From Deltaproteobacteria bacterium (GTDB lineage: Bacteria > Myxococcota_A > UBA9160 > SMWR01), in contig JAQBHB010000044.1 of assembly GCA_032128115.1 (NCBI GenBank), forward strand, positions 1-31,867: 31,867 nt of DNA, given 5' to 3'. The translations under genes were made by a program, and so were the position numbers. How positions within the stretch are numbered: the first letter of the stretch is position 1; every line of letters starts with the position of its first letter. The notes under the pieces are model-generated. The model was given only the letters and a program-made list of their open reading frames with translations. It was not told the origin of the DNA and ran no database searches. Below are positions 9,073-17,537 of this stretch, in pieces.

Positions 9073-10352
9073 CACAGCTTCGGGGGCTCCCGGGGACACG
9101 ACCACGCGCCCCCGAGCGACTCGTCCGGGGACAGGTCCCCGTCTTCGTCCTGCCAGGGCGGGTTGTAGGCGCACTGCACCCAGCGCGGCGCCTGGAATTC
9201 GAGCACGTAGCCCGTGCCGAAGTTCTGGTACTCGAATTCGGCGTCGTACAGGAAGCCGAAGCCGATCTCCGGCGTGGGGATCTCGCTCAGGTCCTTCTGG
9301 GCGACCAGCTCCGCCAGGCTATCGGGGTACAGGGATTCGCGTTCGTAGTAGGCCTGGAGCGCATCGATGATGGAGCCGGCCTGGAGGTCGCGCGTGATGT
9401 GGTAGTCGGATCGGGCCAGGGCGTGGCCCGTCAGCAGCGGAACGCTCACGAGTGCGGCCCCCACGGCCAGCACCCGTGCGCGCGGGCCCACCGGCGAGCC
9501 GCGCCGGCGGATCCAGACCACGCCCGCAGTCACGGCCAGGGAGCCGGCCGCCACGGCCGCGAGAGTTTCGAGCCCGATGGAGAACGGGAGCAGCTCGGCG
9601 CGCCCGCCGAGCCACAGCAGACCCGCAGGTACCGCGGCGCAGAACGCCAGGCTGCCGGCCACCACACCCCACGCATGGCGTCCGGAGCGGTGCTGCGCGC
9701 GGGCCAGGCCCGTGACGCCAAGCGTTGCCCCCACCAGCACCGTGGCGATGAAGGTTGCTCCCAGCTCGATGCCGAAGACCGGCACCGCCGGCCAGGGTGA
9801 GATGTTGAAGCGGAGAGCCGGATCGGTTCCCGTGGCGTTGCGCATGAACGCCAGGACACCCAGGAAGATCGGCAGGTATACGGCGACGCGAAGCGGCCAT
9901 CCCAGACGCAGCCAGCTGGCGGCCAACAGTGGCGCGGCCAATGCGAAGCCCACCACCCCCGACGTCACTCCGATCACTGCCGAGCCGCGCCATTGGAAGA
10001 AGTTCCACACGTCACTGGCCTGCACGCCGTAGAACGCGAAGAGCAGAACCGCCACCACGCACGACGCGCCCACTGCGCTGGCCAGCGAGGAGCTGCAGAG
10101 GATTGCCACCGCCAGGGCCAGTGCCAGCGCTACGACCCCGAAGCCCAGCATTGCCCACACCGCGTCTCCCACCAGTGGGGTGAGCCAATCCCAGTCGGAG
10201 AAGAATCCCCGCGGCTGAAACCACTCGCTGGCGCCGCCCCGGGGTTCGGGTCCCACGCCCTGGTGAACGAGGAGGGTGTAGCCCAGCAACACCGCAAGCA
10301 GGCTCCATCCGAGGATCACCCGGGTCGGCCGTGCCGCGGCTTCGGGGCTCAC
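9069..10352 (-). CDS. Uncharacterised multipass membrane protein with C-terminal soluble domain
   Basis: 427-aa ORF with about 10 hydrophobic segments then a polar C-terminal domain; overlaps neighbours by 4 bp on both sides. Confidence 0.8.
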   Translation of the reverse strand: MSPEAAARPTRVILGWSLLAVLLGYTLLVHQGVGPEPRGGASEWFQPRGFFSDWDWLTPLVGDAVWAMLGFGVVALALALAVAILCSSSLASAVGASCVVAVLLFAFYGVQASDVWNFFQWRGSAVIGVTSGVVGFALAAPLLAASWLRLGWPLRVAVYLPIFLGVLAFMRNATGTDPALRFNISPWPAVPVFGIELGATFIATVLVGATLGVTGLARAQHRSGRHAWGVVAGSLAFCAAVPAGLLWLGGRAELLPFSIGLETLAAVAAGSLAVTAGVVWIRRRGSPVGPRARVLAVGAALVSVPLLTGHALARSDYHITRDLQAGSIIDALQAYYERESLYPDSLAELVAQKDLSEIPTPEIGFGFLYDAEFEYQNFGTGYVLEFQAPRWVQCAYNPPWQDEDGDLSPDESLGGAWSCPREPPKLW

Positions 10353-10774
10353 CTGTCGCGCTTCCGATCCGCAATCGAGACGTGCATTTCGGCGGGCTTT
10401 TCCCCCGGCTTGCGCTCACCCAGCCGGATCTCGGCGTTGATCTGGAGCGTGCGACCTTCGAGCAACTGCGAGAGCACCGTCGTCAGGTCCACGTTCTCCA
10501 GGCTGCGCGCCACCTCGAAACTCAGGCGTTCGATGAACTCGCCGCGCGTGCGCTCGCTCTGCTCGCTGGCGAAGTCGATCCACTCCTTGGGGACGGTGTT
10601 GCCCAGCGCCTTGCGAACTGCCGTCTCGGTGAGGAAGAAGCCCGAGAAGCCCAGGGTGAGCACCCGGCGCAGGATGTCGGGGAGGCCGGTCAGGCCGTCG
10701 TCGGAAACGGTCTTCGCTTCCAGCTCTTCATCGTCGCGGCCGGGTCGGGATTCTTCCCCTTGCTCAGGCGTCAT
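10349..10774 (-). CDS. Hypothetical helical protein, weakly phasin/COG3937-like (141 aa)
   Basis: ATG at 10774. Amphipathic pattern LPDILRRVLTLGFSGFFLTETAVRKALG...PKEWIDF..EQSERTR; stop overlaps the next start. Confidence 0.7.
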   Translation of the reverse strand: MTPEQGEESRPGRDDEELEAKTVSDDGLTGLPDILRRVLTLGFSGFFLTETAVRKALGNTVPKEWIDFASEQSERTRGEFIERLSFEVARSLENVDLTTVLSQLLEGRTLQINAEIRLGERKPGEKPAEMHVSIADRKRDR

Positions 10775-10778
10775 GGAG

Positions 10779-10784
10779 TAGACT
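10779..10784 (+). promoter_or_regulatory. Candidate -10 element (TAGACT) for a leaderless CBS transcript
   Basis: TANNNT hexamer 8 nt before ATG 10793, inside an 18-bp divergent gap; only a weak GGAG about 14 nt upstream. Confidence 0.4.
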
Positions 10785-10792
10785 GGCCCCTC

Positions 10793-11218
10793 ATGGTTGA
10801 TTCGATCGTCCGTGACATCATGCAGCGGAAGATCGTCACGATCAGCGCCGACGATCGGCTCTCGACGGTCGAGGATATCATGACGCTCGGGCACGTGCGC
10901 CACATGCCGGTGGTTCACGGCGGCAAGCTGGTGGGTGTGGTGTCCGAGCGCGATCTGCTGCGGGCCTCGCTCTCGAACCTCACGGAGTTCGGTTCGGAGC
11001 AGCGGCGGGCCTTCCTGCACGTGGTAGAGATCAAGCGGGTGATGTCGACTCCGCCCATCGTGATCGGGCCCGACAACACCACGGAGCAGGCCGCCCGGCT
11101 GATGGCCGAGCACGCGATCGGCTGTCTTCCCGTGGTAGACGCGGACACGCTGGTGGGCATGCTCACCGAGACCGACGTTCTGCGCTGCTTCGCCGGCATG
11201 GAACCGGATCCGGGATAG
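10793..11218 (+). CDS. CBS-domain pair protein (AcuB-like)
   Basis: MVDSIVRDIM..., VRHMPVV..GKLVGVVSERDL and IGCLPVVD..TLVGMLTETD. Confidence 0.9.
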   Translation: MVDSIVRDIMQRKIVTISADDRLSTVEDIMTLGHVRHMPVVHGGKLVGVVSERDLLRASLSNLTEFGSEQRRAFLHVVEIKRVMSTPPIVIGPDNTTEQAARLMAEHAIGCLPVVDADTLVGMLTETDVLRCFAGMEPDPG

Positions 11219-11230
11219 CCCCGAACAGCG

Positions 11231-12568
11231 TCAGATCGTCACGTGCTTCCAACGGCCCGACGCGAAGCGCAGGGAGAGGAGTGCGGCCTTGACGCCCCAG
11301 TCGGCGAGCAGGCAGCACCACACGGCGGTGACGGTTCCAAAGATCGGGTTCGCGATGAGGAAAGCTCCGCCCAGGCGGAAGACGAGAAGCCCCACCAGGA
11401 TCGCGAACAACGGGAAGCGGGTGTCGCCGGCGCCGCGCAGGGCGCCTCCCAGGGAGAACTCGACGGCCATCAGGGGCTGGGCTGCCCCCAGGATGTAGAT
11501 GAACGTGATCGTGAGGGCGACGGTGGTCTCGCCGCTGGCGCCGAACCAACCGGCCAATGGACCCGCCAGCAACACGATCACCAGCCCCACGCTCCCCATC
11601 ACCGCCACCGCGGCCCCCGCCGCGCGCCAGCCCGAGGTCGCCGCCCGACCTGGGCGCCCGGCGCCCAGGTCCTGCCCCACCAGGGTCGATGCCGCCATGG
11701 CGAAGCCGAAACCCGGAACGAAGCAGAACGACAGGATGCGGATGCCGATCAAGTAGGCGGATACCGCCTCGGTGCCGAAGCTCGCCACCAGGGTGATGAA
11801 GATCAGCATCCCCCCGTTGAAGGTGAGTTGCTCCAGGGCGGTGGGGACCCCGATCCGGAAAATGCGGCGCGACACGCTCCAGGTGGTGCGGTGGCGGCGG
11901 GTGCCGGGTCGGATCACGAGCATTCCGCGCAACCAGAGCGCCACCACCAGCAGCGCGTCCACGACGAACGCCAGTCCCGAGGCGACGGAGGAGCCGACGG
12001 CGCCCAGTTCAGGAGCTCCCAGGTTGCCGAAGATCAGGGCGTAGTCGGCGACCAGGTTGATGAGGTTGCCGATGATCCCGATCGCCAGGGGAGTGCGCAC
12101 GTCACCGGCGCCGCGCAGCGCCATGGACAGGGTGGCGCCCACTGCGAAGGGGATGTTCGCGGCCAACAGCACGCGCAGACAACGGCCGCCCAGGTCCGCC
12201 ACCGCCGGCTCCAAGCCCATGGCGACGAGCAGATCGCCGGTAAACGGCATCAGCGCCATGGGCGCAGCGGCGATGATTGCGGACAGCGCCAGCGAGGCGC
12301 GTGTGACCTGCGAGACCTCGTCGGTACGGCCCGCGCCGGTAGCGCGGGCCACCAGCGCCACCGTGCCGGTGCTCACCGCCGCCAGCAGCGCGAACACCAT
12401 GAAGTGGATCTGGACCGCAGCGCCCACGGCGGCCACGGCCTGGGTTCCCAGGGAACTCACGAACAACAGATCCACCACGCCCACGAGAGCTTGCAGGCCG
12501 AACAGGGTCATGGAGGGCCAGGCCAGCTGCCAGACGCCCAGGTGCGGCGTCCCCCCCGAATCGGTCAC
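11231..12568 (-). CDS. MATE family efflux transporter
   Basis: Motifs LAWPS, VDLLFVSSLG..AVAAVG, LRGAGDVRTPL, LIFGNLGAPELGAVG, IGVPTALEQ and LRGAGDTRFP; GTG start at 12568 overlaps the GMC stop. Confidence 0.92.
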   Translation of the reverse strand: MTDSGGTPHLGVWQLAWPSMTLFGLQALVGVVDLLFVSSLGTQAVAAVGAAVQIHFMVFALLAAVSTGTVALVARATGAGRTDEVSQVTRASLALSAIIAAAPMALMPFTGDLLVAMGLEPAVADLGGRCLRVLLAANIPFAVGATLSMALRGAGDVRTPLAIGIIGNLINLVADYALIFGNLGAPELGAVGSSVASGLAFVVDALLVVALWLRGMLVIRPGTRRHRTTWSVSRRIFRIGVPTALEQLTFNGGMLIFITLVASFGTEAVSAYLIGIRILSFCFVPGFGFAMAASTLVGQDLGAGRPGRAATSGWRAAGAAVAVMGSVGLVIVLLAGPLAGWFGASGETTVALTITFIYILGAAQPLMAVEFSLGGALRGAGDTRFPLFAILVGLLVFRLGGAFLIANPIFGTVTAVWCCLLADWGVKAALLSLRFASGRWKHVTI

Positions 12569-14094
12569 GCGGACAGCTCGTCCCAGCGTTGCAGGATGTG
12601 GTGGGCGGTGCGGTCGGCAAGGGCCGCCGTGGTGATCTGGGGCGGTGCCCCCAGCGAGGTGGGAAACACGCTCATGTCCGCCACGAACAGCCCCGGCACA
12701 TCGAAGCATTCGCCGTAGTCGTTCACCACCGCGCGGGCGGGGTCTCCGCCCATGCGACACGTGGACTGGGGGTGGGTCGACGCGATCGGTGCCTGGCCCA
12801 CGTCGATCTCGTCGCGCAGGCTCGTCAGGTCGTCGCCCGGGCCGAGCACTACCGGCTCGGGCAGGTACGGAACCACCACCCGGCGGGCCCCCGCGGCGAA
12901 CAGCACCTGGGCGCAGTGGCGCACCCCCTGGCCCAGCTGACGGCGATCCGCGGGATCGAGGGCGTACTCGATGTGGGGCCGGGCCGACGAGCTGCCGTTT
13001 TCCACCGAACCGGCGCTGCGGTCGTGGAGCAGCACGAGCAATCCGCCCATCTTCGAGAAGTCTCGCATCTGCTGGAAGTGCTTGCGTCCGAAACCGGGCG
13101 TGTTCACGGCCGTCAATACCGGGAAGCCGGCGATGGGCATCAGCACGTAGCCCGTGTGCGGCTCGCGTTCCAGGTCGATGAACTCGTCCACGTAGTAGCT
13201 CTGGGGGATGCCCCGGTAGGCGTGGATCGGCTCGTCCCAGAAGCCGGCCACCATCACCGACGGGTGCAGGTGCAGGTTGCGTCCCACCTGGCCGCTGGAG
13301 TTGGCGATGCCGCTGCGCAGCAACAGGTCGGGGGAGTTGACCGCGCCGGCGGCCAACACCACCACCGGCGCCGTGACCTCGACCGAGCCACGCACGTGGC
13401 CATCGCGGTCCATCGACGACGCGAGCACCCGGCGCACCCGGCCCCCCTCGGCCTCGATCCGGTCGGCACGCACCTGGGGGAAGATTCGGGCTCCGGCCGC
13501 ATCGGCCCGCGGCACGTAGGTGACGAGCATCGACTGCTTGGCGTCGTACGAGCAGCCCAGGATGCAGTAACCCGACTTCACGCAGCCCTCGCGGTTGTGG
13601 TGGGTCACGAAACCCGAGTAGCCGAGCTTCTCCGCGCCGCTGCGGATGCGGCGGTTCAGGACGTTCACCTCGTCTTCGCGGATGGGTTTCACCCGCAGCC
13701 CCGCCTCTACGCGGCGGAGCGAGGGCAGCAGCGACTCTGGAGTGAGCGAGGCGAGACCGTGCTCGTCACGCCACATGCGCACGATGGGTTCCGGGGTGCG
13801 GAATGCGTAACACAGGTTGTGCACGGTCGAGCCACCCACGCTGCGCCCCTGCAGGATGGTGACGCCCCCGTCCACGGTCTGGCGCATGCCGGCCTCCTCG
13901 AAGAGCCGCGGCAGCATCTGATCCTCGCGCTGGGTGAAGTCGGCGCTCGTCCAGAAGGGCCCCTGCTCGAGCATCACCACCGAGCGCCCGGCGCTTGCGA
14001 GTTCGGCTGCGGCCACCGCGCCGCCGCCCCCGGACCCGATCACGCACACGTCGGCGCGCTCCGCCCTGTCGCCCACGGTCGGCGCGTGGATCAC
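12565..14094 (-). CDS. GMC family flavoprotein oxidoreductase (long-chain alcohol oxidase-like)
   Basis: ADVCVIGSGGGG FAD motif, GRSVGGSTVHN, GCVKSGYCILGC cysteine cluster, VGRNLHLHP, HPQSTCRMG and GLFVADMSVFP. Confidence 0.92.
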   Translation of the reverse strand: MIHAPTVGDRAERADVCVIGSGGGGAVAAAELASAGRSVVMLEQGPFWTSADFTQREDQMLPRLFEEAGMRQTVDGGVTILQGRSVGGSTVHNLCYAFRTPEPIVRMWRDEHGLASLTPESLLPSLRRVEAGLRVKPIREDEVNVLNRRIRSGAEKLGYSGFVTHHNREGCVKSGYCILGCSYDAKQSMLVTYVPRADAAGARIFPQVRADRIEAEGGRVRRVLASSMDRDGHVRGSVEVTAPVVVLAAGAVNSPDLLLRSGIANSSGQVGRNLHLHPSVMVAGFWDEPIHAYRGIPQSYYVDEFIDLEREPHTGYVLMPIAGFPVLTAVNTPGFGRKHFQQMRDFSKMGGLLVLLHDRSAGSVENGSSSARPHIEYALDPADRRQLGQGVRHCAQVLFAAGARRVVVPYLPEPVVLGPGDDLTSLRDEIDVGQAPIASTHPQSTCRMGGDPARAVVNDYGECFDVPGLFVADMSVFPTSLGAPPQITTAALADRTAHHILQRWDELSA

Positions 14095-14696
14095 GAGGCC
14101 CCTCCGTCGATCAACGGGCCGCGGTAGCCGATCAACGGGCCGCGATAGCCGATCAGCGGCCACGTCTCGGGCTGGGCGTACCAGCCGAAGAAGCACAGAT
14201 TCCGCAGGCCCAGGAAGGCCAGACGGCGAAGCGGGAGGCGGCTGTTGCGCCAGGCTTCCAGGGAGGCGTCCTTCTCGGCGTCGCTCATGCGGCTGAAGCG
14301 CGTGAACGTGAAGTCGAAGACGATCGGCGCGTACTCGAAGGCGCGGAGGAGCAGGGGCAGCGGCCCCGAGATCGACGGGTCGAGCCCCGTGCACAGAGTG
14401 TCGACGCTGGCCACGGCCTGGGTGTCGCGCACGCGGGGTGCGTCGGGCAGACCCGTGTCCACGATGCGCTCCATGATCTGGGTGAGAATCTCGGTCTGCT
14501 CCGGGTCGAAGAAGCCGCTGGCGGGGGCGTCGACCGGCGAGGGTGTCGGGCCAGAAGTGCTCTGGCCAGACACGCCCTGGCCAGAAGCGCTCTGGCCGAA
14601 GGCGGCCAGCGGATGCAGCTGCGCCAGGCTGGTAAAGGCCGCCGTGTAACCCGCCCAGCGCAAGACGACGCGACGCGTGACCCGATGGCCCGTCAC
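14091..14696 (-). CDS. Gluconate-2-dehydrogenase subunit-3-like small subunit with putative Tat signal
   Basis: N-terminal TRRVVLRWAG plus hydrophobic stretch. C-terminal RFSRMS....DASLEAWRNS...RRLAFLGLRNL....WY...ETWPLIGY.GP is typical of GMC partner proteins. Start could instead be TTG 14702. Confidence 0.8.
   Translation of the reverse strand: MTGHRVTRRVVLRWAGYTAAFTSLAQLHPLAAFGQSASGQGVSGQSTSGPTPSPVDAPASGFFDPEQTEILTQIMERIVDTGLPDAPRVRDTQAVASVDTLCTGLDPSISGPLPLLLRAFEYAPIVFDFTFTRFSRMSDAEKDASLEAWRNSRLPLRRLAFLGLRNLCFFGWYAQPETWPLIGYRGPLIGYRGPLIDGGAS
14109..14159. repeat. 21-bp tandem repeat (about 2.4 copies) encoding PLIGYRG-PLIGYRG-PLI
   Basis: gatcaacgggccgcggtagcc / gatcaacgggccgcgatagcc / gatcagcgg. 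Confidence 0.9.
14551..14595. repeat. 15-bp degenerate tandem repeat (x3) encoding GQSAS/GQGVS/GQSTS linker
   Basis: ccagaagtgctctgg / ccagacacgccctgg / ccagaagcgctctgg. Confidence 0.8.
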
Positions 14697-14698
14697 TC

Positions 14699-15802
14699 TC
14701 AATCGAACGCCGGTCTTTCGACGAAACCGCGGAAGCGCCGGGGCAGTGCGCCTGCGTCCAGGGCCCGGGGCGCGCGGGCCGCCAGGTCGACGCCGTTGTG
14801 GGTGTTCCAGAAGAGAACCGGGCCCCGAAGGCTGCCTGCATGCGCGCGTTCGCGGATCTCGGCCAGGCATTTCGCGGTGTAGGTGGCGTCCAGATGCAGA
14901 TCCGCCGCGGCGGCCAAGGCCAGGGCTTCGCGGCCGGACTGGGTGGGGGCGCCGTAACCCGGTCCCAGCTGGTCCGAAACCAGGTCGAAGTCCGAGGGCG
15001 AGACGTCCACGGGAGGAATCCCCGCATCCCGGGCGCGCAGGAAGCGGATCGCCTGCACCGCCAGAAGCGCCAGCCGGCGCCGCGACGGGGGCAGGATGTC
15101 GGTCACCAGGACCCCCACCACGCGGGTGGGCAATCTCGCCAGACGAAGCCCCGCGACCAGGCCGGCCAGGGTTCCGCCGCTCCCCACCGGCACGTAGAGT
15201 TCGTGAGGCGCGGGCAGGAGGCCTTCCCGGACCTGTTCGGCCAGCTCCAGGGCTGCCGAGATGATCCCGATACAGCCGCGCGTCGACGACCCGCCGGTGC
15301 TGACCAGGAAGGGCCGCTCCCGGGCCAGCCAGGAAGCCGACAGCACCCGCAGGGTCTGGGCGGCCGCGCCGGCTACGCCGGCCCCGTAGATCAGTTGCGC
15401 TCCATAGGCGGCGTCGAGCAGCAGCAGTTGCTGGACCTCGCGGGTCAGCGGCTGACGGACCAGGACGAGAGTCGTAGCGAGCCCGGCGTCCCGGCCGACG
15501 ATGGTGGTGGCCAGCCCGTGGTGGGTGCCGAGCCCCCCGGTCGTCACGAGTCTGCGGGCCCGGCGTGCCAGCGCGCTCCCCACCACGAACTCCAGCTTGC
15601 GCGGCTTGTTGCCGCCGATCTGGGGGGAACAGTGGTCGTCGCGTTTGACGAACAGCTGATCGTCCGGAATTCCCTCCAGATCAAGCGACTCGACCGGAGT
15701 CGGCCCCGACAACACCGGATAGCGCGCGATCTGATCGACCAGGCCCGGGTAGGCGCGAAACAGCGCCAGCTCGGCGTTTGGAGCGCGCTCCGACGAGATC
15801 AC
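14699..15802 (-). CDS. PLP-dependent D-cysteine desulfhydrase/ACC deaminase family enzyme (divergent)
   Basis: Motifs PTPV, LFVKRDD....IGGNKPRKLEF (PLP lysine), VPVGSGGTLAGL, GPGYG and LDATYTAK; GAGGG RBS before GTG 15802. Confidence 0.88.
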   Translation of the reverse strand: MISSERAPNAELALFRAYPGLVDQIARYPVLSGPTPVESLDLEGIPDDQLFVKRDDHCSPQIGGNKPRKLEFVVGSALARRARRLVTTGGLGTHHGLATTIVGRDAGLATTLVLVRQPLTREVQQLLLLDAAYGAQLIYGAGVAGAAAQTLRVLSASWLARERPFLVSTGGSSTRGCIGIISAALELAEQVREGLLPAPHELYVPVGSGGTLAGLVAGLRLARLPTRVVGVLVTDILPPSRRRLALLAVQAIRFLRARDAGIPPVDVSPSDFDLVSDQLGPGYGAPTQSGREALALAAAADLHLDATYTAKCLAEIRERAHAGSLRGPVLFWNTHNGVDLAARAPRALDAGALPRRFRGFVERPAFD

Positions 15803-15921
15803 GCCCTCTGATTCGCACGGACTTGCGTGAGACGCAAGCGGCGCGAACCCGTTTCGAATCGCGGTTGCGAAGCACCCGAAAATATCATTCGACCGTGTTG
15901 AATCGGACGCTGGCGAGTCGA

Positions 15922-15951
15922 TTGACAATTCCCGCGGGGATCACTTATGGT
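15922..15951 (+). promoter_or_regulatory. Sigma70-type promoter for the aldehyde dehydrogenase
   Basis: TTGACA (15922-15927), 18-nt spacer, TATGGT (15946-15951), about 55 nt upstream of ATG 16007. Confidence 0.7.
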
Positions 15952-16006
15952 CGCCGGGCTACTGATGGGTGCCGGGGCTGCAGGCACCGGCCGCGGGGTT
16001 TCCTGA

Positions 16007-17536
16007 ATGGGTGTCGTCGAGCAAACCGAGTCTTCGGGCGAACGTCGCCGGCTGCGCATCTCCAATCCCGCGACGCTCGATCGGATTGGCGAGTTCGACG
16101 TCCAGGGCACGACGGACGTGGATGCCGCCATCGAGCGGGCCCGCAAGGCGCAGCCCGAGTGGGCGAGCCTCGGCGTAACGGACCGGGGCAAATTCCTGGA
16201 GCGCGCCGCCCGGATCCTGCAGGAACGCCAGGGCGAGTTCGTCGACGTGATCGTGGCCGAGACGGGCAAGGTGCCCTTCGAGGCGCTCTCGGCCGAGATC
16301 CTCACGTCGTGCGATGCGCTCCAGTTCTACGCCAAGCGGGCGGGGCGCATCCTCGCCGACCGCACGATCCCCCTGCACCTGCTCAAGAGCAAGAAGCTAA
16401 AGATCGCCTACTCGCCGTTGGGCGTGGTGGGAATCATCACGCCCTGGAACTTCCCCTTCGTGCTCGCCCTGAATCCGAGCGTCCAGGCGCTGATCGCGGG
16501 CAACACGGTGGTGCTCAAGCCATCGGAGGCGACCCCCTTCTCCGGCCGCATGCTGGGCGACCTGTTCGAGGCGGCAGGACTTCCCGAGGGCGTCTTCAAC
16601 CTGGTGCTTGGCGATGGCGAGACGGGCGCCGCCCTGGTGGCTGGGGACGTGGACAAGATCTCTTTCACCGGCAGCGTTCGCACCGGTCGCAAGGTGGCCG
16701 AGGCCTGTGGCCGGCGGCTGCTGCCCTGCACCCTGGAGCTGGGTGGCAAGGACCCCATGATCGTCTGCGCCGACGCCGACCTGGACCGGGCGGCCCGCGG
16801 GGCGGTCTTCGGAGCCTTTTCCAATGCTGGTCAGGTCTGCACTTCCACCGAGCGCGTCTACGTCGTGGAAGAGGTGGCCGACGAGTTCACCGAGAAGGTC
16901 GTCGAGCACACCGCCGCGCTGCGCCAGGGCACCAGCGGTGAGTTCGACGTGGGTTCCATCACCTGGCCGCCGCAGCTTGCGGTGATCGAGTCACACGTGC
17001 GCGACGCGGTTGCCAAGGGTGCCCAGGTCCGGGCAGGCGGGCGCCGCAATCCCGACTACCCGGGATACTTCTATGAGCCCACGGTGCTCACCCACGTTTC
17101 GCACGACATGCAGATCATGCGGGACGAGACCTTTGGTCCCGTACTGCCCATCATGCGCGTGCCCGACGAGCAGGAGGCGTTGCGCCTGGCCAACGACAGC
17201 CGCTACGGCCTGAACGCCAGCGTCTGGACGCGGAACAAGCGCAAGGGCGTGGAAATCGCCCGCTCGATCCGTTCCGGCTGTGCCGTGGTCAACGACTGTA
17301 TGATCACGTATGGAGTCCCCGAGTCGCCGTTCGGTGGGGTGGGCGACAGCGGGATCGGACGGGTGAATGGGGAGATGGGATTGAAGGGGTACTGCCGCAC
17401 GCAGTCGATCGTGATCGATCGCCTCGGCGGCAAGACCGAGGCCCTCTGGTATCCCTATTCGGCCGGGAAGCAGGCCTGGGTCGTGCGGATGATCCGGATG
17501 CTGTGGGGCACCTCGTTGGGGCGATTCCTATCATGA
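16007..17536 (+). CDS. NAD(P)-dependent aldehyde dehydrogenase
   Basis: Motifs ITPWNFP, LKPSE, FTGSVRTG, LELGGKDP, NAGQVC (catalytic Cys), ETFGP and PFGGVGDSGIGR. Confidence 0.95.
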   Translation: MGVVEQTESSGERRRLRISNPATLDRIGEFDVQGTTDVDAAIERARKAQPEWASLGVTDRGKFLERAARILQERQGEFVDVIVAETGKVPFEALSAEILTSCDALQFYAKRAGRILADRTIPLHLLKSKKLKIAYSPLGVVGIITPWNFPFVLALNPSVQALIAGNTVVLKPSEATPFSGRMLGDLFEAAGLPEGVFNLVLGDGETGAALVAGDVDKISFTGSVRTGRKVAEACGRRLLPCTLELGGKDPMIVCADADLDRAARGAVFGAFSNAGQVCTSTERVYVVEEVADEFTEKVVEHTAALRQGTSGEFDVGSITWPPQLAVIESHVRDAVAKGAQVRAGGRRNPDYPGYFYEPTVLTHVSHDMQIMRDETFGPVLPIMRVPDEQEALRLANDSRYGLNASVWTRNKRKGVEIARSIRSGCAVVNDCMITYGVPESPFGGVGDSGIGRVNGEMGLKGYCRTQSIVIDRLGGKTEALWYPYSAGKQAWVVRMIRMLWGTSLGRFLS

Positions 17537-17537
17537 G

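Noticed and set aside
14699..15802. ACC deaminase (acdS) call
   Set aside because: Lacks the Glu (DPVYEGK) and Leu (HLGG) signature residues.
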